From positions 8,282 through 72,281 of the forward strand of contig SVRV01000009.1 in NCBI GenBank assembly GCA_015064635.1: a stretch of 64,000 nt of DNA, in the 5' to 3' direction. How positions within the stretch are numbered: the stretch's first letter is position 1; every line of letters starts with the position of its first letter. This document shows, piece after piece, positions 38,060 through 47,309 of the stretch. The position numbers and the translations under genes were made by a program. The notes under the pieces were generated by a model. The model did not search any database, was not told the origin of the DNA, and saw nothing but the letters and a program-made list of their open reading frames with translations. Origin of the DNA: Oscillospiraceae bacterium (GTDB lineage: Bacteria > Bacillota > Clostridia > Oscillospirales > SIG627).

Positions 38060-40270
38060 TTATTTCAAATTTTCGTAATATCTCTTACACCAAGCTATGT
38101 TCAAAAGCTTTTCGGTGAGGTCCTGTCTTGTGAAGCAGTAATGGTTTGCCGCCTCAAAGCCGAGTCTTGATTCTCTGCTCTGGAGCTTTATTGTCTCAAC
38201 TACGTTCTTTTCTTCACAGTCAATGACATCAAGCAAATATTTGATATCCTCTGCCTCAAAGCCTCTTTCAAAGCACTCGTTTCTTCTGCGGTTGAATCTT
38301 ATAAGGTTGAGGTTTGTCATAAAGTGCACGTATGAGCCAAGCATCATGTCATAAAGCTCGTTGAAGGCATCATTTTTCTCGCCCTTGTAGCCTTCCATAA
38401 TGTCAAGAGCCTCACGCCATCCGTCGGTAACTATCTTGAACTGATTTTCGAATATGTCAACGGGGTAGTTAGCTCTCCAGTTGTCTACCGCATCGTAGGG
38501 GAAGCAGGTCATTGTTGCGTTAAGACCTGTTTTTTCCACAAAGAAGGGACTCTTGGGACCCGATGTCTGGGGTGCTGTGTAAAGTACGGATATGTGGAAG
38601 GGGAACTGATTGAAGGCTTTTGAGAAAATGTCCTGAGCCTTATATACTACATCCGACATCTCGCCCGGATATGTTCTTTCAACAAAATCTCTTACTTCAT
38701 TGCCGTCAAGCTCCTTCTTGAGGAGTATTTCACTTGCCACGGCAATGTTGGGAGAGGGTGAGCCGCCAAGTGTCCAGGACAGCATAACGTGCTGTACACC
38801 TGCACGGTTGAGGTTTGCGGCGTGCTCTGCCACAAGAGAGTAAGCGGGAACAAAGGGTACACCGGGGAGCTCCCATGAACAGTTAAACTGACATTTTGCC
38901 GAGCACTGTATATCATTCTCTCTTGCTGCCGCCCACTGCTTCTTTGCTAAATCGCTGGGACCGGGGTTTGACAGTGAATAGTCGTGAATTTCGTTTTCGA
39001 TTCCGCCCTTGACAAGCTTCATTCTTGTTTCCGATACGCACTGGAATATAATATCACGGTCAAGGCGCTTGATAACCTCGTCTATATACTTGTCAGGCCA
39101 TGCCCATGACCATACAATGCCTCGGGCGTTGGGGTTTGCTCTCTTTGCACCGCGTGACATGATGTTGTTTACTTCGGCGAGAACCTCGTAGCTCTTTCTG
39201 TTCTTACATCTGGGACAGGTGCAGTTTTCCTCATTTGAGTGTGAATAGCAGTTGGTTTGATTTTCACTTGCTGTGATGGTGATAAATCCCGCAAGACCTT
39301 CTGCTCTCTTGAAGAGCTCATACATTGCACTGTCAAGATATTCCTGTACCTCGGGAGTGGAGGTGCATATGGAGTACATATCCTTTTCGTTTGGTCTCTG
39401 GTGTCCCTTGATTTGAGGATACTTTTCAAATACTCTTGAGGGCATCATACGGGGCTCATTTATATAAAGGTAGATACCGATACCGTATCTTGCTGCCTTT
39501 TTAACGATTTTTGCAAGGTTGGCAATTCTCTTTTCCCAGCCCTTGGAAAGCTCGGGTGCAAAGGGGTAGGGTACAAGCTGATAAAGTACGCCCTGCATCC
39601 ATATTCCGTTGATTCCGTACTGTGCATATTCTTCAAGAAGCTTGTCGGGGAATGGGTCGCAGTCATCCTCCATAAGAGGGTCTCCGAAAAGTGCAAAATA
39701 AGAATATATAACACGAATGTCTCCGTTGATGTCGCTGACATATTTCGGCTCACCTTCAACGGGTGTATAATAGTCCTTGACAAAGCGGAAAGCATCGTCG
39801 GGATATTCGCTTACAAGAGAATGATACTTGGAATAGGTGTCCTTTATAAAGGCAACCTCCTTTTCCTCCTCTTGGGTAAGCTCTCTCCACACGGTTTTTG
39901 TCATTTTGGGGAAGAAGCTTCCCATCTTGATATAAAGGAAGTCATCCTCCTTGAGCGTTGTATCAAGCTCTGCATCGGTAACGCCCAGCAGGTCACGAAG
40001 CTGGTCGAAGGGAAGAAGATGCCACATATTTCTGATAAGTGTTATGTAGCCTCTCTTTTTCCAAAGAGCTTCATCGGCGGTAACATCTGGGTCAAGTCCC
40101 ATATCAGCCGCTGACTTCTTTATATTTTCGGGTGTGGTTTCAAGCACCTTTGCCAGTGTTTCGGGTGTTATCTGCCCCCAAGTACGCCAAATAACGCCGA
40201 GAAAGCGTGCGGGAAAGTGGGGCAACTTTAAAACTTCTATATCTTCTCTGGAAACAAGTGATGAAGGCAT
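38060..40270 (-). CDS. Large uncharacterised cytoplasmic protein (possible TIM-barrel glycosidase-like core)
   Basis: 736-aa uninterrupted ORF, 22 nt upstream of recA. Segments such as GINGIWMQGV...GIGIYLYINEPR resemble glycosidase barrels. Cys cluster CTCPRC. No family securely recognised. Confidence 0.65.
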   Translation of the reverse strand: MPSSLVSREDIEVLKLPHFPARFLGVIWRTWGQITPETLAKVLETTPENIKKSAADMGLDPDVTADEALWKKRGYITLIRNMWHLLPFDQLRDLLGVTDAELDTTLKEDDFLYIKMGSFFPKMTKTVWRELTQEEEKEVAFIKDTYSKYHSLVSEYPDDAFRFVKDYYTPVEGEPKYVSDINGDIRVIYSYFALFGDPLMEDDCDPFPDKLLEEYAQYGINGIWMQGVLYQLVPYPFAPELSKGWEKRIANLAKIVKKAARYGIGIYLYINEPRMMPSRVFEKYPQIKGHQRPNEKDMYSICTSTPEVQEYLDSAMYELFKRAEGLAGFITITASENQTNCYSHSNEENCTCPRCKNRKSYEVLAEVNNIMSRGAKRANPNARGIVWSWAWPDKYIDEVIKRLDRDIIFQCVSETRMKLVKGGIENEIHDYSLSNPGPSDLAKKQWAAARENDIQCSAKCQFNCSWELPGVPFVPAYSLVAEHAANLNRAGVQHVMLSWTLGGSPSPNIAVASEILLKKELDGNEVRDFVERTYPGEMSDVVYKAQDIFSKAFNQFPFHISVLYTAPQTSGPKSPFFVEKTGLNATMTCFPYDAVDNWRANYPVDIFENQFKIVTDGWREALDIMEGYKGEKNDAFNELYDMMLGSYVHFMTNLNLIRFNRRRNECFERGFEAEDIKYLLDVIDCEEKNVVETIKLQSRESRLGFEAANHYCFTRQDLTEKLLNIAWCKRYYENLK

Positions 40271-40293
40271 GGTGAAACTCCTTTTCTTATGTC

Positions 40294-41076
40294 TTATTGT
40301 AGTATAAAAACTCTGTCATTTCCACTAAGGTCGGGAACAATGTCTCCTCCTCCGAACAGCTCTCTCAAAGCAATTCCTTGCATATAGCCTATCTCAAATA
40401 TGAGAAGCTTGTTTTTGAAATCCTTTGAGCTTGCGGCATAGCGGTAAAAATCAAGTCCGTCTTCTCCTCCGTCAAGGGCGAGAGCGGGCTCACGCATAAC
40501 GTTTCGGGGGAGTTTTTTCATTTCTTCCTTTGTGATATAGGGAGGATTCATAAGTATTGCCGAGCACTGCGGAAGCGTATCGTTAAACAAATCGAACTGT
40601 ATAAAGCTGCATCGGTCTGCAACGCCGAGGCTTGAGATATTCTTTTCACACACCCGCTTGGCGATGGGGGAAATGTCAAGAAGTATAGCCTTGAGGTCGG
40701 GACGCTCTTTCAGAACGGATATTCCAAGACAGCCGCTTCCCGTACATATATCGGCAAAAACTGCATTTTTGGGGATAAGCTCTATTGCCTTTTCTACAAG
40801 CACCTCACTGTCACAGCGAGGTATTAGCACTCCCTCTTCAACAAAGAAATTCTCTTTAAAAAAGGGTACCTTTCCCAGGATATATCCGAAAGGCTCGCCT
40901 TTTACGGCTTCTTCAAAATCCGATATCAGCTCGGGACAGCTTATCTCCTTGCCAAGAAGAAGCGTGTCTCTGTCATAGCCGTATTTTTCAAGAAGCAATC
41001 CCACAGTCTCACGGAAGTTTAAATTTTCACGGGCAAAGTCGGAGCTCTGCCACAGCTCTTTTAATTTTCCGAGCAT
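40294..41076 (-). CDS. prmC: Release-factor glutamine N5-methyltransferase PrmC
   Basis: SAM motif DICTGSGCLG and catalytic NPPY. Confidence 0.9.
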   Translation of the reverse strand: MLGKLKELWQSSDFARENLNFRETVGLLLEKYGYDRDTLLLGKEISCPELISDFEEAVKGEPFGYILGKVPFFKENFFVEEGVLIPRCDSEVLVEKAIELIPKNAVFADICTGSGCLGISVLKERPDLKAILLDISPIAKRVCEKNISSLGVADRCSFIQFDLFNDTLPQCSAILMNPPYITKEEMKKLPRNVMREPALALDGGEDGLDFYRYAASSKDFKNKLLIFEIGYMQGIALRELFGGGDIVPDLSGNDRVFILQ

Positions 41077-42092
41077 TCTTCTTCGCCTTTGTCTGTCTCT
41101 CCGGCTTCATCGTCCGGCTTTCCGTCGATTCCGTCATATACGGTTTCGGGGTCAAATTCCTCGGGGAGAGAAGCCTTGAGCGCAACAATTGCTACCTCTA
41201 TTTCCTTATCGTCCGGCTCTCTTGTAGTGATTCTCTGAAACCAAAGTCCGGGAGCTGTCAGAATGCGGAGAAGGAAATTGTCGTGTGTTCCCGAGAAAAT
41301 GGTGATTTCGTATCCGATTCCCACAACAATGGGAAGGATTGAAAGCTTAACAAGGAATCTGAGCCATATATTGCTCCAAAGAGAATTGGGAAGCAGTGTG
41401 GATATGACGATTCCCAAAAGAAGCATCATAAACATCATACTTGTTCCGCATCTCGGATGGAAACGGGATTGCTTTTTGATATTCTCTACCGTAAGGGGTA
41501 ATCCTGCCTCATGGCAGAATATGGATTTATGCTCTGCGCCGTGGTACTCATAGGTTCTGCGTATGTCTGGCATAAATGCTACCAACCATATATACAGAAG
41601 GAATATTATCATTTTTACAACGCCTTCCACAATTGCTTTTACAATGGGGGGCATGGTTACAAAATGTGATATAAGCTTGGATATTGCCATGGGCAGAAAA
41701 AAGAAAAGTCCAAGTGCCAACAGTATACCGAGAGCACCGCCTATGATGGCGGCTATCGCCATAAGGCTCTTGCCGAATTTCTTTTCAAGCCACTTTTCAA
41801 ATTTTGTGGGTTCTTCTTCAATGCCTTGCATCTCTGCTGAAAGTGTAAGGGTGGACATGGAAAGCTTCATGGATTCGATGAAGCTTACAACACCTCTGAG
41901 AATGGGTATCTTGAAGAATGGTATCTTTTCTCTTATTGATTTTACTTCCCTTTTGTCAAGCCTTATCTTTCCGTCGGGACATCTGACTGCTGTTGCACAA
42001 AAGCTCTTGTGCTTCATCATAATGCCTTCGAGAACAGCTTGACCGCCCACACGGTTAGAAGCGACGGGGCAGGAACGCTTTTTCTTTGACAT
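41061..42092 (-). CDS. DUF1385 (YqhQ-like) membrane protein
   Basis: GGQAVLEGIMM and EYHGAEHK motifs. Conserved position upstream of prmC. Confidence 0.85.
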   Translation of the reverse strand: MSKKKRSCPVASNRVGGQAVLEGIMMKHKSFCATAVRCPDGKIRLDKREVKSIREKIPFFKIPILRGVVSFIESMKLSMSTLTLSAEMQGIEEEPTKFEKWLEKKFGKSLMAIAAIIGGALGILLALGLFFFLPMAISKLISHFVTMPPIVKAIVEGVVKMIIFLLYIWLVAFMPDIRRTYEYHGAEHKSIFCHEAGLPLTVENIKKQSRFHPRCGTSMMFMMLLLGIVISTLLPNSLWSNIWLRFLVKLSILPIVVGIGYEITIFSGTHDNFLLRILTAPGLWFQRITTREPDDKEIEVAIVALKASLPEEFDPETVYDGIDGKPDDEAGETDKGEEECSEN

Positions 42093-42103
42093 AAAAACTC
42101 CTA

Positions 42104-42640
42104 TTATTTGAACTTGAATTCTTTTACTATCTTGTTAACTTCGTCTGTATGCTTGTCAAATCCCTCAAGAGTTGAAGTGTAGGTCATAATGTAAATATAA
42201 TCGAAACGGAAGGTAATAATCTGACGGAATTTGTAGGTTTCACCGCCAACATTTGCGGTAAATACAAACTGTCTTGCAAGTGCGTCGTGAAGCTTTGTCT
42301 CCTCACCGTCAGAGAGTATTTCCACGTCAAGGAAGGTGGACTTCAGCTTTTCCGTGTAGGTTGTGCCGTCCATTGCAAGATATTCGTCAAGAGAGGTTAC
42401 CTCCTGGTTGCTGTTGAAAGCGGTAATTGATACGCTTGAGCTGTCCTTTTCGGATACATAGGCGCTTATCATTCCGTCATTTCGGCTGAGTGACCAGGTT
42501 TCGGGATAGTAGAAATAATAATCTACGATATCATTTTCGGGTAATTTCATTCCTTCGGGTATGGACGAATCCTTCTCCCCGCAGGCTGTCATTGTTATTA
42601 CAAGCAAAAATGCTGATAGCAACACTAAAAATTTTTTCAT
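42104..42640 (-). CDS. Hypothetical lipoprotein
   Basis: ATG at 42640 follows GGAGGAG. Lipobox ITMTACG. Confidence 0.65.
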   Translation of the reverse strand: MKKFLVLLSAFLLVITMTACGEKDSSIPEGMKLPENDIVDYYFYYPETWSLSRNDGMISAYVSEKDSSSVSITAFNSNQEVTSLDEYLAMDGTTYTEKLKSTFLDVEILSDGEETKLHDALARQFVFTANVGGETYKFRQIITFRFDYIYIMTYTSTLEGFDKHTDEVNKIVKEFKFK

Positions 42641-42769
42641 ATTCTCCTCCAAACATAAATATTCATATTAAATTATATCACAAAAAAAATAAAAGTAAAT
42701 AGATATTTGTGATTTTGAGCCTAAAAAATAACAAATCCGGGCACAATTTACCCGGATTTGAAACTTTGT

Positions 42770-43918
42770 TTAAATACAGTTAATTATTGAGGCAATTCTC
42801 TTTGCGGACTGTGCAAGAGAGTCAAGATACATAAATTCGTTTACCGAATGAACTCCGCCTCCATAAGTGCCCAGTCCCTCCATACAAGGGATGCCTGCGG
42901 CAGTCACGTCTGCGGCGTCACTTCCTCCCAGTCCATGCTTTTCACCAAGGGTTGGCAAGCCGTTTTCGCGGTATATTTCATTGACTCTTTCAAGCAGCTT
43001 TATGTTTCTCTCCTCATAGGTCATGGCAATACGCCAGCTTATCCTTTCAAAGGTGCAGCTACAGCCGTCAATAACCGTCTTTTCGGCTATTTCCTTAACC
43101 GTTTTTTCTATTTTATCTATTTCTTCGTTTGTCTTGTGCCTGAAATCGGCAACAAAGGTGCATACCTCGGCAACGGTATTTGGTACCGTACCGCCCGAAA
43201 TCACACCGCAGTTGCAGGTTATGCTTTTGCCATCCTTGAATTTTTCAAGCTCCTGAATTTTGTAGGTAGCTTCAAGTATGGCGTTTGCCCCGTTGAAGCA
43301 CCTTGACGAATGAGCCGCCTTACCGGTTACAGTGAATTTATAACGCTGGATTCCCTTCGTGGTCACACACGCCATATTGGCTGTGTGCCCCTCAAGGTTT
43401 AAGAATATTTCGGAGTTCTTTGACCTTTCACATATAGTGCCTATTGTTGTTTTGCCGCTTGGCATACTGCCTTTTTCTTCATCGGTTTGCAAAAGAAGCA
43501 TTACGGGGCGACTGTCAAAGCCGATTTGCTCCAGAGCGTCCATTGCCATAAAGCCTGCAACGGCACCGCCCTTGCAGTCAACCACTCCCGGACCGTACAT
43601 CTTTTCGCTGTCACGATGCACTGCGGGAGAGGGGAAAAGCCCTATGGGGTGAACAGTGTCAAGATGTCCGGATATGCTTATGGCTTTTCCTTTTGCAGTG
43701 GGATTCATAGTAATCACCACTACATCGCCCGAAACTGCCTGAGGGAAAAGCTCAACCTGCCAACCCTTTTCCTCTGCCTTTTTTATAAAATACGCCCCGA
43801 CTCTGTCTACACCTTCCTTGAAATCTGTGGGACTTTCAATATTGCAGACATCCTCGAGAAAATTCAGATACTTTTCATTTAAGCTGTCAATTTTGTCAAA
43901 CAGTTTATCGCAAATCAT
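42770..43918 (-). CDS. M20-family metallopeptidase
   Basis: HLDTVHP, DCKGG and DEEKGS motifs. ATG at 43918 follows GGAGGTG. Confidence 0.85.
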   Translation of the reverse strand: MICDKLFDKIDSLNEKYLNFLEDVCNIESPTDFKEGVDRVGAYFIKKAEEKGWQVELFPQAVSGDVVVITMNPTAKGKAISISGHLDTVHPIGLFPSPAVHRDSEKMYGPGVVDCKGGAVAGFMAMDALEQIGFDSRPVMLLLQTDEEKGSMPSGKTTIGTICERSKNSEIFLNLEGHTANMACVTTKGIQRYKFTVTGKAAHSSRCFNGANAILEATYKIQELEKFKDGKSITCNCGVISGGTVPNTVAEVCTFVADFRHKTNEEIDKIEKTVKEIAEKTVIDGCSCTFERISWRIAMTYEERNIKLLERVNEIYRENGLPTLGEKHGLGGSDAADVTAAGIPCMEGLGTYGGGVHSVNEFMYLDSLAQSAKRIASIINCI

Positions 43919-43975
43919 ATTTTCACCTCCAAAAAGTAAAAAGATGCTACACCGAAGCATAGCACCTTTGTGAGC

Positions 43976-44320
43976 TTACTTTACCTTATCTTTAACCTTT
44001 GCAGCCTTACCTACGCGGTCACGAAGATAATAAAGCTTTGCACGGCGTACCTTACCCTCACGGATAATATCAACCGCAACAACATTAGGCGAATGAAGAG
44101 GGAATGTCTTCTCAACACCAACACCGTTAGAAATTCTTCTTACAGTGAATGTCTCGGAGATACCGCCATTCTTCTTGGCGATAACAGTACCGTCGAAGTA
44201 CTGAATTCTTTCTCTTGCACCTTCCTTGATTCTGTTGTGAACACGAACTGTGTCACCGATGTTGAACTTAGGTGCTTCTGCCTTGATTTGCTCGTTTGTG
44301 AAAGCCTTAATAAGATCCAT
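43976..44320 (-). CDS. rplS: 50S ribosomal protein L19
   Basis: 114 aa. [13 protein letters not shown]...[17 protein letters not shown]... is typical of L19. Confidence 0.97.
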   Translation of the reverse strand: MDLIKAFTNEQIKAEAPKFNIGDTVRVHNRIKEGARERIQYFDGTVIAKKNGGISETFTVRRISNGVGVEKTFPLHSPNVVAVDIIREGKVRRAKLYYLRDRVGKAAKVKDKVK

Positions 44321-44525
44321 CTTGAGGCTCCTCCTTCCATTATTTGGAAAGTCAAGGAATGTTCATGCCGAGTCCAGCAGAGGACTATTCCTATAAATCC
44401 ATAATTAGCAAGGCGTATTATATCACACCTTTTTCAAAAAAGCAACCCCTTTTTTGATTTTTTTAATTTTTTTGCTGTATATATTGATTTTTATCTCAAT
44501 GTATGATAGAATTACCACACAATGT

Positions 44526-44609
44526 GCACCTGTGGCGGAATTGGCAGACGCGCCAGACTTAGGATCTGGTGTCTTTGATGTGCAGGTTCAAGTCCTGTCA
44601 GGTGCACCA
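44526..44609 (+). tRNA. tRNA-Leu (anticodon UAG), CCA encoded
   Basis: Acceptor GCACCTG/CAGGTGC, anticodon arm CCAGA-CTTAGGA-TCTGG, long variable arm, T-loop TTCAAGT, discriminator A plus CCA. Confidence 0.9.
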
Positions 44610-44829
44610 ACAAAAAGATACCCCATCGGGGTATTTTTTTGTTGGTTATATAATTGGGAAGGACTTGAACCTCATGGAGGGACAAAGCGTGAAGAAAACA
44701 GTCCAGTGGACTGTTTTTAGCTTTGTGTCCGAGGGCTATGCCCGAGGAGAGAGCAGGCAAAGCCTGCGTCAAGTCCTGTCAGGTGCACCAAAGTATAACC
44801 TCAACTTTAATAAAAAGTTGGGGTTATTG
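44607..44829. repeat. Island-flanking direct repeat, copy 1 (interrupted by a 75-bp insert)
   Basis: 44607-44688 plus 44764-44829 parallel 47731-47878. Contains the tRNA 3'-end copy CAAGTCCTGTCAGGTGCACCA at 44770-44790. Confidence 0.85.
44612..44641 (+). terminator. Rho-independent terminator after tRNA-Leu
   Basis: AAAAAGATACCCC-ATC-GGGGTATTTTTTT. Confidence 0.7.
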
Positions 44830-44877
44830 TTTTTTGGCTTAAAATAAGGCTTTTCGGAACTTTTACAACAATAAACA

Positions 44878-44910
44878 AACCGCTTCGATTAATTTCCGAA
44901 GCGGTTTTTC
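44878..44910 (+). terminator. Hairpin terminator at the left edge of the islet
   Basis: AACCGCTTCG (44878-44887) pairs with CGAAGCGGTT (44897-44906), followed by a T-run. Confidence 0.6.
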
Positions 44911-45065
44911 ATGTTTTTAGATGCTATTGGTAAAAGTAATGGGGTTCAGATGGTTGAAAAGGGGTTCAGATGACACAAAAAGGGTTCATGTGGCGGAAAG
45001 ATACTTATTGTATGTAGACTTTTTGTATTCGTTTTTGCTAATATATTATTATGGGGGGTGCAGAT

Positions 45066-45281
45066 ATGGATATCATAAAGGTGTTTGGTACAAATTTAAA
45101 GAAATATCGTACTGCTATGGGAATATCCCAAGAAGCATTTGCAGAAAAATGTGGGATGCATCGTACTTATATCAGTGCAATAGAATGTTACCGCCGCAGT
45201 ATAGCTTTGGAGAATGTTCAGAGAATCGCCGATGCGCTTGAAATTGACGCATACAAATTGTTCATAGATAAAAAAATTTAG
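45066..45281 (+). CDS. R-M controller (C) protein, XRE-family HTH
   Basis: GISQEAFAEKCGMHRTYISAIE...IALENVQRIADALEI matches the C-protein HTH signature. Lies directly upstream of the nuclease candidates. Confidence 0.8.
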   Translation: MDIIKVFGTNLKKYRTAMGISQEAFAEKCGMHRTYISAIECYRRSIALENVQRIADALEIDAYKLFIDKKI

Positions 45282-45304
45282 ATAAGATAGAAAGGAATTA
45301 GACT

Positions 45305-45649
45305 ATGCCGAGAGCCGAAAAAGAATTTATTTTAAATTACGCCACCAATAGATGGCAACTTAATTTCAAAAAGAACGTTGGACCTACTTCCGATTCCATC
45401 AGACTTTGTAACCCCACATCTTATGATGATTGGAAAAACTATTATTATAGCAACGTAAGATCTCGCGAACATATAGATAACTTGGGGCATTCGTTGTATC
45501 AGCATATTCGAGACGATCTTCCTGGCGAAATGCGTTTCCATCCCACACTAATCACATCTATCAATTTACAAGATTGTGTTGATTATATGCACAAACTTGT
45601 GATTGACAGAGTATACAATGGTTATATGAAGGAGCACGGAAAACTATGA
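45305..45649 (+). CDS. Candidate restriction endonuclease subunit/ORF 1
   Basis: 114-aa ORF after GAAAGGA, in the position C-R convergent with M. No family recognised. Confidence 0.5.
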   Translation: MPRAEKEFILNYATNRWQLNFKKNVGPTSDSIRLCNPTSYDDWKNYYYSNVRSREHIDNLGHSLYQHIRDDLPGEMRFHPTLITSINLQDCVDYMHKLVIDRVYNGYMKEHGKL

Positions 45650-45978
45650 CACCTTCCCTTGTGATAGCTGGTATTCCATTTTATGATGCTCCAAGTGAGG
45701 TAGAGGGTTCTCCTTATTGGGTAGATTTGTGGACTGATGTCAATGGTTATAAAATTGGTTTGCAGATCAAACCCTCAACTTACAAAGCTGCCAGCATTTC
45801 GATTTATATGGGCAAATCACGATCTTCTGAAGAAAGAGGTCACAAAGCTTTTCAGCGTGATTATGGTGGAAAGGTTTTTATCGTAATGCCTGAAAACGGA
45901 GTGGTTTCCAAAGATGTTGAGAAGAAAATAATTGCAGAACGTGATCTCTTACTGAAAATGCCACCTAAGAATGTCTAA
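45646..45978 (+). CDS. Candidate restriction endonuclease subunit/ORF 2
   Basis: 110 aa with an ATGA overlap to ORF 1. Possible PD-(D/E)xK-like VD...LQIK. Confidence 0.5.
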   Translation: MTPSLVIAGIPFYDAPSEVEGSPYWVDLWTDVNGYKIGLQIKPSTYKAASISIYMGKSRSSEERGHKAFQRDYGGKVFIVMPENGVVSKDVEKKIIAERDLLLKMPPKNV

Positions 45979-46023
45979 AACGAAGACTGCGAGACAATTC
46001 AAAATGAGTTGTCTCGCAGTTGT

Positions 46024-47295
46024 TTATTTAGGTAATGAATTCAAGAATTTTTTTTGACAAGCATAGTCGAAAGTAGTATCAACATCTACAAATCCGGTGC
46101 GAATCAAGTGATTGTTGATAAATGTCTTATTATCAAGGTATACATAGCACATCAATACGTTATCAGAATCGTATTTTTCGCTATCATACTTTAAAAAAAC
46201 TTTTCTCTTATTGAATTTATTCTGCAAAAAAACTATCGCTTGACTGCTATGTTCCGGCTTTTCTTTTATGCCGAGTAATTTTATAATCAAACCATTACTT
46301 AATTCAATTTTGTCTGGAGATATTATTCTTTTTACGGTAAATAAATCTTCTCGTTTTGCTTCACTTGAATCTATTTTTGAGCCAAACTGAAGCTTCTTTA
46401 CATCAACTTTCTTATCCATTCGATGCGGGTCAACGAATATGTACGGAAGATCATCAAAAGTTTGGTTTATTCCAAGTGTATCCTCGTAGAATTTCAGCTC
46501 AAAATCATCGAATATCAAGCGAGAACCGTTAATCTTTTCGTTAATTATCGGTGCAAACTCTTTGTTGATTTCGTACCCAATTGAGTTTCGTCCGAGATTC
46601 TTCGCCGCCAAAGATGTTGTTCCGCTCCCAGCGAATGGATCAAATACAGTTTCCCCAGCGAATGAGAACATCTTAATTAAGCGTTTCGGCAATTCTTCTG
46701 GGAACATAGCTATATGTCCCATCTGTTTAACACCGTTGAAATTCCAATGTGAAGAAAAATACTGTCCCCATTCTTCTTTTGTCATAGCAGACTGTTCTTT
46801 TTGTTGTTGAGTAGGCTTAGGTGCGTTTCCTAACTTTTTGAACAGCAGTATAAACTCGTAATCCATTTTGAGAATTCCGTTACGTGGATAAGGAAAACTT
46901 CCCATAATTGCTCCACCGCCAGAGGTATTCATCGTAGTTGTTTTCTGCCAAATGATCGCTCCCATATAGTCCATACCGAGAGATTCGCAGAAACGTATAA
47001 TTTCCGTTCTGATTGGAATAACTTTGTATCTTCCGTAATACACGGAACGAGCAAATTGGTCTCCTATGTTAATACATAATCTACAGCCATCCGAAAGGAC
47101 ACGATGGCATTCTTTCCATACTAAGTTCAAGTTATTTATGTATTCTTCGTAACTATCATTAAAACCAATTTGATCTTCTGTGCCGTAGTCCTTTAACTGC
47201 CAGTACGGAGGAGAGGTTATGATTAACTGTACTGATTTATCCTTAATTTGATTGAGCGAACGACTGTCGCCAAATACTATTTTATGTTCAGTCAT
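46024..47295 (-). CDS. Beta-class N4/N6 DNA methyltransferase with a C-terminal SNase/OB-like extension
   Basis: SPPY (motif IV) precedes DPFAGSGTT (motif I). The last ~110 aa resemble thermonuclease (LLGIKEKPE...MCYVYLDNKTFINNHLIRTGF). Confidence 0.88.
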   Translation of the reverse strand: MTEHKIVFGDSRSLNQIKDKSVQLIITSPPYWQLKDYGTEDQIGFNDSYEEYINNLNLVWKECHRVLSDGCRLCINIGDQFARSVYYGRYKVIPIRTEIIRFCESLGMDYMGAIIWQKTTTMNTSGGGAIMGSFPYPRNGILKMDYEFILLFKKLGNAPKPTQQQKEQSAMTKEEWGQYFSSHWNFNGVKQMGHIAMFPEELPKRLIKMFSFAGETVFDPFAGSGTTSLAAKNLGRNSIGYEINKEFAPIINEKINGSRLIFDDFELKFYEDTLGINQTFDDLPYIFVDPHRMDKKVDVKKLQFGSKIDSSEAKREDLFTVKRIISPDKIELSNGLIIKLLGIKEKPEHSSQAIVFLQNKFNKRKVFLKYDSEKYDSDNVLMCYVYLDNKTFINNHLIRTGFVDVDTTFDYACQKKFLNSLPK

Positions 47296-47309
47296 AATTA
47301 ATACCTTTC

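Noticed and set aside
44321-44460. Possible ribosomal L19 leader structure upstream of rplS.
   Set aside because: A hairpin (GGAATAGTCC...) can be drawn, but I cannot match it to the known leader consensus by eye. It needs a covariance-model search.
44770-44790. Possible additional tRNA genes at 44770-44790 and 47819-47839.
   Set aside because: Only the last ~21-22 nt (part of the T-arm, the acceptor 3' strand and CCA) are present. No D-arm or anticodon arm is present. These are att-type partial copies.
44454-44847. ORFs overlapping tRNA-Leu and the island repeat (44454-44720, 44512-44772, 44569-44847). The matching ORFs 47592-47887 over repeat copy 2 were also considered.
   Set aside because: They overlap a confident tRNA and non-coding direct repeats. 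Their duplication is explained by the repeat itself.
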